The notes beneath the pieces were generated by a model. The model saw only the letters and a program-made list of their open reading frames with translations, ran no database searches and was not told the DNA's origin. A DNA stretch of 32,000 bases from NCBI RefSeq assembly GCF_007748075.1, contig NZ_CP036280.1, positions 750,001-782,000 of the forward strand, in the 5' to 3' direction. Origin of the DNA: Mucisphaera calidilacus. GTDB taxonomy: Bacteria > Planctomycetota > Phycisphaerae > Phycisphaerales > Phycisphaeraceae. Made by a program: the position numbers and the translations under genes. Below are positions 1 through 8,230 of the stretch, in pieces. The number at the start of each line of letters is the position of its first letter. The first letter of the stretch is position 1.

Positions 1-2
1 AC

Positions 3-1265
3 GATACCCTCGTCTACCTTGATGAGGACACCGACACCTCCGGCAGCGTCGCTGCTGATCACGAGATCCGCCTCATCAAGCGCATCTCCGGACCCGCCAG
101 CTACGACAGCAACACCAACGAGGGCGGCTTCAACAGCAACACCGCCGAGTCATGGACCTCCACCATCGTCGGCCGCGTCCTGCTCGATGGCGACACCAAC
201 GCCTCCGAACCCCGCACCATCGCCGGATACAAGGACCCCCAGTCGGGCGTCACCGGCGTCTGGGTCCTCGAGGGTGACGGCGGCGGCGACGATATCGGCT
301 TCTTCGAAATCGTCGATGAGTCCGGCGACGACAACGGCCCCGGCGGCTCCAACCTCAACGGCTACCGTCTCGCCACCACCGGCTTGCCCGTCTTCGCACT
401 CGATAACGACCCCGCGAACGACCCCACCACCAACGACGGCTCCGGCGACCGCGTCCTGGTCAACCCCGTCACCGGTGACCTGATCATCATGGAGTCCGGC
501 TTCTTCGACAGCCCCCAGCACGAGCCCTCCGTCATCCAGCGCGAGGTCGTCGACTACGACGCCTCCGGCGAAATCCTCTTCGGTGCATGGTCGCCCCTCC
601 TGCAGATCGACGGCAACCAGCCCGGCGACGACGACACCCAGATCGTCGACGGACGCTACACCGCATACGACCACATCAACAACGTCCTCTACTACCACGA
701 TCGTGATAACCCCTTCAGCGGCGGCGGCGGCAGCTACGACGGCGACTGGTGGTCCATCAATCTCACCACCGGCGAGACAAAGCTCGAAGCCACCGACGTC
801 GGCAACTTCCAGATCTACGACAACGGCACCTTCCTCGGCTTCTTCTCCTTCGACCAGGTCGGCATCGAGGGCGACTACGACAACGACGGCGAACTGACCG
901 ACGCCGACGTCGACCTCCTCGTCAACGCCATCCTCGCCGGCTCCACCGACCTCACCTACGACGCCAACAGCGACGGCGTGGTCGACGCCAACGATTACAT
1001 CCTCTGGCGCGATAGCCTCTACGGCACCACCGCCGGCGACGCCAACCTCGACTTCGTCGTCGACCTCCTCGACCTCTCCCTCCTCGCCTCCAACTTCGAC
1101 GGCCCCGGCCTCCACGGCGAAGGCGACTTCAACGCCGACGGACTGGTCGACCTCCTCGACCTCTCCCTCCTCGCCTCCAACTTCGACACCGGCAACGTCC
1201 CCGAGCCCGCAGGCCTCGCACTGCTCGGTCTCGGTGCCGCCGCCATGCTCCGCCGTCAGGCCTGA
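3..1265 (+). CDS. PEP-CTERM-anchored secreted protein with dockerin/EF-hand-like repeats (5' partial, runs off window start)
   Basis: Frame 3 is open from nt 3; the track starts it at an internal TTG (384). The C-terminus GNVPEPAGLALLGLGAAAMLRRQA is a PEP-CTERM sorting signal. Upstream repeats include DYDNDGELTDADVDLL, DANSDGVVDANDY, GDANLDFVVDLLDLSLLASNFDG and GDFNADGLVDLLDLSLLASNFD. Confidence 0.8.
   Translation, partial: DTLVYLDEDTDTSGSVAADHEIRLIKRISGPASYDSNTNEGGFNSNTAESWTSTIVGRVLLDGDTNASEPRTIAGYKDPQSGVTGVWVLEGDGGGDDIGFFEIVDESGDDNGPGGSNLNGYRLATTGLPVFALDNDPANDPTTNDGSGDRVLVNPVTGDLIIMESGFFDSPQHEPSVIQREVVDYDASGEILFGAWSPLLQIDGNQPGDDDTQIVDGRYTAYDHINNVLYYHDRDNPFSGGGGSYDGDWWSINLTTGETKLEATDVGNFQIYDNGTFLGFFSFDQVGIEGDYDNDGELTDADVDLLVNAILAGSTDLTYDANSDGVVDANDYILWRDSLYGTTAGDANLDFVVDLLDLSLLASNFDGPGLHGEGDFNADGLVDLLDLSLLASNFDTGNVPEPAGLALLGLGAAAMLRRQA
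1059..1187 (+). repeat. Exact 42-nt intragenic direct repeat (1059-1100 and 1146-1187) encoding VDLLDLSLLASNFD
   Basis: gtcgacctcctcgacctctccctcctcgcctccaacttcgac is read twice, 87 nt apart. Diverged copies occur at about 3290 and about 3378 in the next gene. Confidence 0.9.
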
Positions 1266-1290
1266 GCCTGAACCATCCTGATCAGTGACG

Positions 1291-1325
1291 AGGCCCCGTG
1301 GGTTCAACCCCGCGGGGCCTTTTCG
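1291..1325 (+). terminator. Rho-independent terminator candidate
   Basis: Stem aggccccg (1291-1298) pairs with cggggcct (1313-1320), followed by ttt. It lies 26 nt after the stop at 1265. The T tract is short. Confidence 0.55.
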
Positions 1326-1378
1326 TTGGCCACAAGCCGTTTCTGTGGCATCCTTAAAGACTTGGCGATCCGTCCGGA

Positions 1379-3505
1379 TTGCCCATATTCACACCACCTG
1401 ACACGGACCCCCCGATGACCCGATCGATGAACATCCCCTGCGCCGCCGCCGCAACCCTCCTCCTTGCAGCCCTCGCGGCCCCCGCCCACGCTCAACTCCG
1501 CGTGGTCTCCTACAACACCGCAGGCGGACCCCGCAACGGTCTCGACGACATCCTTCAGGCCATCGGCGACGAGGTCACCAACGGCGTCGCCAAGCCCATC
1601 GACGTACTCTCCCTCCAGGAACAGAACAGCGCCAACTCCACCACGCAGGCCATCGTCAACCTGCTCAACGCCATCTACGGCCCCGGCACCTACGCACGCG
1701 GAACCATCACGCCCGCCAGCACCGGTGCAGGCTCCCCGGGCGTCATCTACAACACCAACACTGTCAGCCTGCTCGCCGAATCGACCGTCGGCACCACCAG
1801 CAGCAACGGAGCCGCACGACAGGGCATGCGCTATCAGTTCCGACCCGTTGGCTACGGTTCCGAAGCCGATTTCTACGTCTATGGAAATCACTTCAAGGCC
1901 AGCCAGGGATCAACCAACGAAAACCGCCGCGACGTCGAGGCCACCGCCATCCGTGCCAACGCCGACGCCCTCGGCGAAGGCTCCTCCATCATCTACACCG
2001 GCGACTTTAACCTCTACTCCGCCTTCGAGCCCGCCTACATCACCTTCCTCCTCGACGAAGGCGCCGGCAAGGCCTTCGACCCCATCGACCGACGCGGCAA
2101 CTGGCACAACAGCTCCAGTTTCAAGGACGTCCACACCCAGGCACCCTCCACCAACCCGCCCTCCGGACTCGTCGGCGGCGGCGTGGACGACCGCTTCGAC
2201 TTCCAACTCGTCACCGAGGAACTCATGGACGCCGAGGGACTCGCCTACATCACCGGCTCCTACCACGCCTTTGGCAACAACGGCACCCACACCTTTAACA
2301 ACTCGATCACCACCGGCACCGGTGCCAGCCCTCAGATCCTCAGCCTTCTCACCACCGTCTCCGACCACCTCCCCGTCGTCGCCGACTACCAGCTCCCCGC
2401 CAAAGCAGCCATGGCCGTCTCACTGGCCGCCGACCGCGTTCTGGTCGGTGCATCGGTCGACGCAACCGTCGCCGTGACCAACACCGCGGGCGACACCCCC
2501 GCCGTCATCGCACCCATCGGCGCCGACGAACTCGACTACACCGTCTTCCTCCAGGGCATGAGCGCCGACAGCGTCTCCGGCTCAGCCGACGCCTTCGCCG
2601 GACCCGATGAGCACGTCCTCGCCGCCAACACCCAGCAGGCCGGAAGCTTCACCGTCGGCGGACTCTTTCAAACCACCAGCCAGAACACCAGCGACGACCC
2701 GATCTTCTCCGTCACCAGCCTCAACGTACTCGATCACGCCACGCCCTCCTTCGATCCCGCCGCCCAGGTGACGCAGCTCGTTCATGACTTCGGCGTCCTG
2801 CTCGCCGGCGATCCCACGCCCGAGCAGGCCTTCGCGCTCCACAACCTCGAAGCCACCGCTGGCTTCACCGCCAGCCTCGACCTCGACGCCATCCTCTCCA
2901 ACGACCTCGGCGAGATACAGCTCGACCTCCTCCCCTTCGCCGGCCTTACCGCGGGCAGCAGCACCGGTTTCACCGCGTCGCTGGAGACCGACAGCGTCGG
3001 CATCCACGACAACGTCTTCACGCTCCTCACCTCCGACGAGGACATCCCAGGCGAAACATCCGACCAACTCACACTCACCATCCGCGCCACCGTCGCCGCC
3101 GTCCAAGGCGACCTCGACGGATCCGGCACGCTCGACGCAGGCGACCTCGATACGCTCATCGCTCGCTTCGGCACCACCGCACCCGGCTACGACCTCAACA
3201 ACGATGCCGTCGTCGACGACGACGACGTCACCTACTGGCTCAGCGACCTCTTCGGCTCTGTGCGTGGCGACACCAACACCGACCTGAGCGTCGACCTCCT
3301 CGACCTCTCCAACCTCGCCGCCAACTTCGGCGAGCAGGGCACCTGGACCCAGGGCGACGTCAACGCCGACGGAACCGTCGACCTCCTCGACCTCTCGCTG
3401 CTCGCATCGAACTTCGGCTTCGACGGCACGCCCGTCCCCGAACCGGCCGCCGCAATGACCCTGCTCGCGCTCGGCGTCACCCGCCGACGCTCGCGGGGGG
3501 CGTAA
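1379..3505 (+). CDS. Secreted endonuclease/exonuclease/phosphatase (EEP) family protein with dockerin-like repeats and PEP-CTERM anchor
   Basis: EEP-type motifs are LRVVSYNTAGG, DVLSLQEQ and VSDHLPVVADY. The signal peptide MNIPCAAAATLLLAALAAPAHA argues for a true start at ATG 1415 or 1427, since 1379 is TTG. C-terminal repeats are GDLDGSGTLDAGDLD, GDTNTDLSVDLLDLSNLAANFG and GDVNADGTVDLLDLSLLASNFG, followed by VPEPAAAMTLLALGVTRRRS. Confidence 0.8.
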   Translation: MPIFTPPDTDPPMTRSMNIPCAAAATLLLAALAAPAHAQLRVVSYNTAGGPRNGLDDILQAIGDEVTNGVAKPIDVLSLQEQNSANSTTQAIVNLLNAIYGPGTYARGTITPASTGAGSPGVIYNTNTVSLLAESTVGTTSSNGAARQGMRYQFRPVGYGSEADFYVYGNHFKASQGSTNENRRDVEATAIRANADALGEGSSIIYTGDFNLYSAFEPAYITFLLDEGAGKAFDPIDRRGNWHNSSSFKDVHTQAPSTNPPSGLVGGGVDDRFDFQLVTEELMDAEGLAYITGSYHAFGNNGTHTFNNSITTGTGASPQILSLLTTVSDHLPVVADYQLPAKAAMAVSLAADRVLVGASVDATVAVTNTAGDTPAVIAPIGADELDYTVFLQGMSADSVSGSADAFAGPDEHVLAANTQQAGSFTVGGLFQTTSQNTSDDPIFSVTSLNVLDHATPSFDPAAQVTQLVHDFGVLLAGDPTPEQAFALHNLEATAGFTASLDLDAILSNDLGEIQLDLLPFAGLTAGSSTGFTASLETDSVGIHDNVFTLLTSDEDIPGETSDQLTLTIRATVAAVQGDLDGSGTLDAGDLDTLIARFGTTAPGYDLNNDAVVDDDDVTYWLSDLFGSVRGDTNTDLSVDLLDLSNLAANFGEQGTWTQGDVNADGTVDLLDLSLLASNFGFDGTPVPEPAAAMTLLALGVTRRRSRGA

Positions 3506-4757
3506 GCGACAGGCTGCTGAACATCCCCGCCACCGTCGCCGTCGCCAGCGACGCCAGCAGGCCCGCGATCATCGCACGCAGCGCAATATCCGCCAGCTTC
3601 GTCCGCAGACTCGGCACCAGCGCCGCGATCCCGCCGATCTGGATGCCGATCGACCCGAAGTTCGCGAATCCGCACAGCATGTAGGCCGCCATCATCCCCG
3701 ACCGCTCGTCCTCCAGCTCGCCGTTGTCGATGATCGCCTGCAGGTCCAGGTAGGCGATGAACTCGTTCACCGCCACCTTCGTCCCGATCAGCGAACCGAT
3801 CACCTGGCAGTCCTGCCACGACGAGATCCCGATCACCCACGCCAGCGGAGCGAACACCCAGCCGAAGATCCGCGACAGCGACATCGGCTCCTCCCACAGC
3901 ACCCACGCACTCAGCGGCCAGTTCACGAGATTCACCAGCGCCACGAACGCCAGGATCATCGCGATGATGTTCAGCCACAGACGCATCCCGTCCGTCGCAC
4001 CCTGCGCCGCGGCATCCACCAGGTTCGTCGACGTCCGGTTCAGCTCCAACGGCATGTGAGCGCCCGTCTTCGGATCCTCCGTCTCCGGCATGATCACCTT
4101 CGCGAACACGAACGCCGCCGGCGCACTCATCACCGACGCAGCAAACAGGTGCGGCCCCAGTTCGTCGCCCAGCATCGAGATGTAGATCGCCATCACCGAA
4201 CCCGCGATCGTCGCGAAACCACCCGTCATCACCGCAAACAGCTCCGACCGTGTCAGCCGCTCAAGGTAAGGCTTGATCACCAGCGGAGCCTCGGTCTGAC
4301 CGACAAACACATTCGCCGCGATCGCCATCGACTCGGCACCCGAAACCCCCAGCACCCGCGCCAGCAGCCGCGCAAGCGTCCAGATGACAACCTGGAGAAC
4401 CCCGAGGTGATAGAGAACCGCCATCAGCGACGAGAAAAAAATCACGATCACCAGACCGCTCGCCGCGAACGCGATCCCAGGGCCAAATGCCGGGTGCGTC
4501 TGCGTGTCCGCATACCCCTGGCCAAACAGCGTGACCACAGGACCCGTCGCCTGACTCACGATGCCCTTGAACACCCACGCCGCTCCCTTGATCGCCGCCT
4601 CGCCCGCCTCAGAGCGAAGCACCAGGAACGCCAGACCGATCTGAAGCAGATAACCCCACAACACGACACGCCAGGGAAACCGCGTCCGGTGCGACGAGAG
4701 TAGCCATGCCAGCAGCACAAGGACAGCCAGCCCGATGAGACCGCGTAGGATCAGCAT
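3477..4757 (-). CDS. nupC: NupC/CNT-family concentrative nucleoside transporter
   Basis: 426-aa polytopic membrane protein. The N-terminus MLILRGLIGLAVLVLLAWLLSSHR..FPWRVVLWGYLLQIGLAFLVLRS and the overall pattern are typical of NupC/YeiM-type transporters. ATG start at 4755-4757. Confidence 0.8.
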   Translation of the reverse strand: MLILRGLIGLAVLVLLAWLLSSHRTRFPWRVVLWGYLLQIGLAFLVLRSEAGEAAIKGAAWVFKGIVSQATGPVVTLFGQGYADTQTHPAFGPGIAFAASGLVIVIFFSSLMAVLYHLGVLQVVIWTLARLLARVLGVSGAESMAIAANVFVGQTEAPLVIKPYLERLTRSELFAVMTGGFATIAGSVMAIYISMLGDELGPHLFAASVMSAPAAFVFAKVIMPETEDPKTGAHMPLELNRTSTNLVDAAAQGATDGMRLWLNIIAMILAFVALVNLVNWPLSAWVLWEEPMSLSRIFGWVFAPLAWVIGISSWQDCQVIGSLIGTKVAVNEFIAYLDLQAIIDNGELEDERSGMMAAYMLCGFANFGSIGIQIGGIAALVPSLRTKLADIALRAMIAGLLASLATATVAGMFSSLSLTPPASVGG

Positions 4758-4873
4758 GGGTGGTCATGCTAGCCACTGGGAACCGCCCATGCACGAACCC
4801 GCGGTTTGGGTTCTGCGTCACGATGCACTAGACTGTTTGGTTCACCATAAAACCCCCTTTGGGAGATCACTCC

Positions 4874-5140
4874 ATGCAGCTTCAGGAAGCCCTCAATCTC
4901 GTTCAGCAGAAGTTCCAGGCCGAATCGCAGGGCGAGACCAGCGGCGAGGCCGCCGACAAGTACCAGGCCGCCTTCGCCGATTACCCCGTCATGATGGAAG
5001 TGGCCACCCATATCTTCGGCCACCAGATCATCGTCCAGAACGCCCAGCAGCAGATGGCCCGAGCCCAGCAGGCCGCAGGCGCAGCCGGCGGCGTTCCCAC
5101 AGGCGGCATCGTCACCCCCGGAGCCGGCGGCACAGCCTGA
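4874..5140 (+). CDS. Small hypothetical protein (Gln/Ala-rich)
   Basis: ATG at 4874 is preceded by gggaga (4861-4866); the track start at 4859 is TTG. Third-position GC is high. A terminator follows. No recognisable domain. Confidence 0.5.
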   Translation: MQLQEALNLVQQKFQAESQGETSGEAADKYQAAFADYPVMMEVATHIFGHQIIVQNAQQQMARAQQAAGAAGGVPTGGIVTPGAGGTA

Positions 5141-5174
5141 CCCCGGGTCGATGACCCCACGTGAACTACCAGGG

Positions 5175-5205
5175 CACACACGCCTCAAGGGGCGTGTGTG
5201 TTTTT
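5175..5205 (+). terminator. Rho-independent terminator
   Basis: Perfect 10-bp stem cacacacgcc (5175-5184) / ggcgtgtgtg (5191-5200), followed by ttttt (5201-5205). Confidence 0.8.
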
Positions 5206-5235
5206 GTGCGCAGGCCGCATCCAGGCCACGGCCGC

Positions 5236-5270
5236 AAAAAAAAGAAGCCGCAGGCGTTCAAGCCCGCGGC
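5236..5270 (-). terminator. Rho-independent terminator for the minus-strand gene 5311-5814
   Basis: The minus strand reads gccgcgggc-ttgaac-gcctgcggc (9 bp with one G.U pair), then ttctttttttt. Confidence 0.75.
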
Positions 5271-5310
5271 CTCACCACATCTCCCTGCGGGGAGTCGAGA
5301 AGCTGATCGT

Positions 5311-5814
5311 TTACTCAGCCGGTTCCGGGTCCGTCTCCGGACGTTCGGGGGCCGCATCCCGGATCTTCTCAAGCAGATTGCCGGTCGTCGCCTTGATCGC
5401 ATCCTTGGCCTTCTCACAGGCCTCTTCCACCATCGCGCTCACCGGGTGACCCTCAAGCCTCTCCAGGCACCGGTCGCACACGGCGTTGATGTAGCCAATC
5501 GCACGCTTGCTGCGCTTCGTGATCGTCTCGATGCCACGCTTGCCCACGGCCAGCGCCGCACCCGGCTTCTCGTCCTCGACCAGACGCTCCATCAGCTTGA
5601 CGCTCTTGTGCGCCGTCGCACGGTTGCTGGCGATCACGTGCTTGGTGCCCGCGTTGATGTGAATGACACAGTGACGCGCCATCTCAACCGGGCCTCGCTC
5701 AACGATCGGACGCTGTGGCTTCTCAGGAGCCTCGGGACCGTCCTGCGCAACAACCGGTGCTGAGAACACAAACAAAGCGGCCAGCGCACACGACAACACG
5801 GATGACACTCTCAT
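5311..5814 (-). CDS. Secreted hypothetical protein
   Basis: N-terminal signal peptide MRVSSVLSCALAALFVFSAPVVAQ. ATG start at 5812-5814, with a terminator downstream. No recognisable domain. Confidence 0.6.
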   Translation of the reverse strand: MRVSSVLSCALAALFVFSAPVVAQDGPEAPEKPQRPIVERGPVEMARHCVIHINAGTKHVIASNRATAHKSVKLMERLVEDEKPGAALAVGKRGIETITKRSKRAIGYINAVCDRCLERLEGHPVSAMVEEACEKAKDAIKATTGNLLEKIRDAAPERPETDPEPAE

Positions 5815-5922
5815 CGGGGAACCTTCCTTTCTGAGTCCGGGTGGGGTTGCCTGATCGACCCCAAATCTGAATCAGCCGCCCCTTGCGGCCTTCTCAGACA
5901 ACTCAACGCCCGCCTGCTGAGC

Positions 5923-6387
5923 CTATTGCACCGGCACGCGATCTTTTTCGACCCCGGCTCGAAATCGCAGCTTCCCACGCTCCGGACCGCACGCCTTGCA
6001 GTAATAATCCCGGCCGCGCATCGGCCTGCGGTACCGGCTGTGACACACGCCGCATCCCGGGCAGACCGCTCGCCAGCGACCCTCAGGCATCTCGGCCTCA
6101 CCCCGAACACGCGGCGCTATCCCGAGCCGAAGACAGGCCGCTTTCCACGCTAGGCCGTGACCCGCCTTCGGACCCGCGATCGCGTGTGCAATCTCGTGCA
6201 GGATCGTCTCACGGACCTCCGACACCTCATGACGCAACACGAAGTGACGCGACAACTCGATCCGCCGATCCGTGAAATTGCAGATGCCCAGCGCACGCCT
6301 ACGGTGATTGAAACCAAACGACCACCCCACAAGACCCTGCTCCGACATCAGACGCAGGGCGAGATTCTCAGCCTCAACGAGATCCAT
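5923..6387 (-). CDS. SprT-like zinc metalloprotease with C-terminal Cys4 zinc ribbon
   Basis: HExxH motif in ILHEIAHAI. The C-terminal CPGCG...CKACG forms a zinc ribbon. The ORF extends to GTG 6402, but ATG at 6385-6387 (MDLVEAENL) is preferred because a terminator hairpin abuts 6409. Confidence 0.75.
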   Translation of the reverse strand: MDLVEAENLALRLMSEQGLVGWSFGFNHRRRALGICNFTDRRIELSRHFVLRHEVSEVRETILHEIAHAIAGPKAGHGLAWKAACLRLGIAPRVRGEAEMPEGRWRAVCPGCGVCHSRYRRPMRGRDYYCKACGPERGKLRFRAGVEKDRVPVQ

Positions 6388-6408
6388 CACCCGGTTATAC
6401 ACCCAATC

Positions 6409-6442
6409 AAAAACCCCGTTGACACCGACGGCACCAACGGGG
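6409..6442 (-). terminator. Rho-independent terminator downstream of the LysM gene
   Basis: The minus strand reads ccccgttg-gtgccgtcggtgt-caacgggg, followed by ttttt (complement of 6409-6413). Confidence 0.65.
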
Positions 6443-6591
6443 CGGAGGGGAGAAAGTCTGTCATTAGTTATCTCGGTGGGGGAACCCGCTTCACTTGAAA
6501 ACAGAGCCCGATATCTTGAATCGGCTAACCCGAAACCTCGGCGAGCTGATAAACCGCCCCCTGATCAATGTGAACGGAATTCAAACAGGCG

Positions 6592-7053
6592 TTAATCCGG
6601 GATGATCAAGACCGTGCCGATCGCCATCTTGTTCGGATCGATGCCCGGGTTCGCCTCCGCGATCTCCTGCCAGCGGCGAACCGTGCCGTACTGCTCCAGC
6701 GAGATCGACGACAGCGTGTCACCCTTCTTCACCTCATACGTCTTGATCGCCGGCAACTGCTCAGGCGTCGCACGCTCGTCCACAGGCTCGGAATCCTCCG
6801 CGTAACCCTCCGATGGCGGCGGCGGCGGGCCCGGCTCCGCAAACTCAGGCTCCGCAACCCTGTCGATCGGCTCCGGCGGCGAAGCGAACGTCTCGTCCGC
6901 CACAGGGCTCTCACGGTGATACGTCAGACTCGATGAGGAGGGGGCCGGAACCGGCTCAGGCATCTGCTCCGGCTCGTAACGACAACCCGCCACGAGCGCA
7001 GCACTAACAACCAGAGCGAACAGAAAACCAACGTCAAATCGAATGCTGGGCAT
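6592..7053 (-). CDS. LysM peptidoglycan-binding lipoprotein
   Basis: Lipobox-like ALVAGC after a hydrophobic leader, then a Pro/Glu-rich linker. The C-terminal LysM domain is YEVKKGDTLSSISLEQYGTVRRWQEIAEANPGIDPNKMAIGTVLIIP. Confidence 0.8.
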   Translation of the reverse strand: MPSIRFDVGFLFALVVSAALVAGCRYEPEQMPEPVPAPSSSSLTYHRESPVADETFASPPEPIDRVAEPEFAEPGPPPPPSEGYAEDSEPVDERATPEQLPAIKTYEVKKGDTLSSISLEQYGTVRRWQEIAEANPGIDPNKMAIGTVLIIPD

Positions 7054-7162
7054 GGTGGGTCCTCGGGCATGGCCGCACTGCGGCCGGGGGCTTCAGGCCG
7101 ATCCTCTCCTCCCGAATCGGATTGTGACGCAAGTGACGCCGATCTTCAACGCAGCACCCGAC

Positions 7163-7783
7163 TCAGGCCTGCTCCTCGGCAGTCTCAACGTCCTCGTCGT
7201 GATCATGCGCCGAATCGCCCCAGTGCTGCTCAATCGTCTCCATGATCGCGTGGGTCGGCTCCTTCTGGAACTTCCAGTCATCGATCAGGATCCGCGACGG
7301 CGTGCCCTGATCCTCGTACTCCACGTACGCAATCCCCTTCTTCCAACGCGTCATATCGAGGTTCTTGATCTGATCCCACGTCGCCGACTTCCCGCCGTTC
7401 GCTCGCACCCCGTTCTCGTCAGCCTCCACCCACCAGCCGCCACTCGTGACCCCGCGGTAACCGTAGATCAGGCCCACCGGTGCCGTGATCGCAAGCATGA
7501 TGAACTGCGTGTAAATGTCGAAGTCCGAACGCTTCTTGATATTCGTCGGGTCCTGGGGCAGACCCTCTATCAACGCGTACTCTTCCCACTGCTCGTTCCA
7601 GTCAGGCGTCTCCGCCTTCGGGAACTCCTCCTCGAACGCACGGTACATCTTGTACTCACGCGCCTGCGCCGGATAGGTGTAGAAACCATCCTTCACGCAC
7701 AACGCCGCAAAGCCCAGGCAGACAACCGCGATGATCCCCAGACGCCACCGGTACCCCGAACTCACATACGCTTTGGTGCTCAT
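7163..7783 (-). CDS. Hypothetical membrane protein (two predicted TM helices, acidic C-terminus)
   Basis: Hydrophobic segments are WRLGIIAVVCLGFAALCV and FIMLAITAPVGLIYGY. ATG start at 7781-7783. Coding-like codon usage. Confidence 0.6.
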   Translation of the reverse strand: MSTKAYVSSGYRWRLGIIAVVCLGFAALCVKDGFYTYPAQAREYKMYRAFEEEFPKAETPDWNEQWEEYALIEGLPQDPTNIKKRSDFDIYTQFIMLAITAPVGLIYGYRGVTSGGWWVEADENGVRANGGKSATWDQIKNLDMTRWKKGIAYVEYEDQGTPSRILIDDWKFQKEPTHAIMETIEQHWGDSAHDHDEDVETAEEQA

Positions 7784-7833
7784 ACCGATCCCAGCCCTTA
7801 CTCTGAATGCGGCCCGCCTCCCGGGCCTCTCTT

Positions 7834-8109
7834 CTATCGTCCGTTCGACGGTCCACTTGCAGCATCGTCATCGGGATTCTTGTCCGATGCAAACCACAGC
7901 CGCCAGAAATGACGCACCAGCAGCTTCCCCATCACGTTATGCCTGAGGTCGCCATAGCCGCCCTCCGAAACCTGACGCGCGGGTATGCGGGGTGTGCGGA
8001 TCCTGCCACGCATCGCCTCCGACAGAAAATGACTCGTCTCGTCGATCATCCGACGCCGGATGTCACCGTAGTGAAAAGGATCCTGAGGCTGTCGGCGAGC
8101 GGGTTTCAT
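7834..8109 (-). CDS. Small hypothetical protein
   Basis: ATG at 8107-8109 (MKPARRQPQDPFHYGD...). The longer track ORF to 8274 would overlap the queA start region. No recognisable domain. Confidence 0.35.
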   Translation of the reverse strand: MKPARRQPQDPFHYGDIRRRMIDETSHFLSEAMRGRIRTPRIPARQVSEGGYGDLRHNVMGKLLVRHFWRLWFASDKNPDDDAASGPSNGR

Positions 8110-8230
8110 ACACGAGTCTTCCGTCAGAACGCGGCCCTGCCGCCAGCCACGAAGGGTCTCCACGAACCAGTATAGTCCCCAACAACCGCGCAACCCGCGT
8201 TGATCATCAACCCGACCCCAATTGACACTC

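Noticed and set aside
150-1307. 385-aa minus-strand ORF, plus other plus-frame ORFs (19-483, 583-897, 749-1015), overlapping the first PEP-CTERM gene
   Set aside because: They are low-complexity Gly/Val/Glu/Asp or Pro/Thr/Ser-rich translations, typical of antisense or off-frame reading of high-GC coding DNA. The frame-3 protein has clear domain motifs.
7807-8175. 122-aa plus-strand ORF competing with the minus-strand small ORF 7834-8109
   Set aside because: It has poorer coding character and would run convergently into the queA promoter region. Neither ORF is strongly supported, and I kept the minus-strand one at low confidence because it is co-oriented with the downstream gene.
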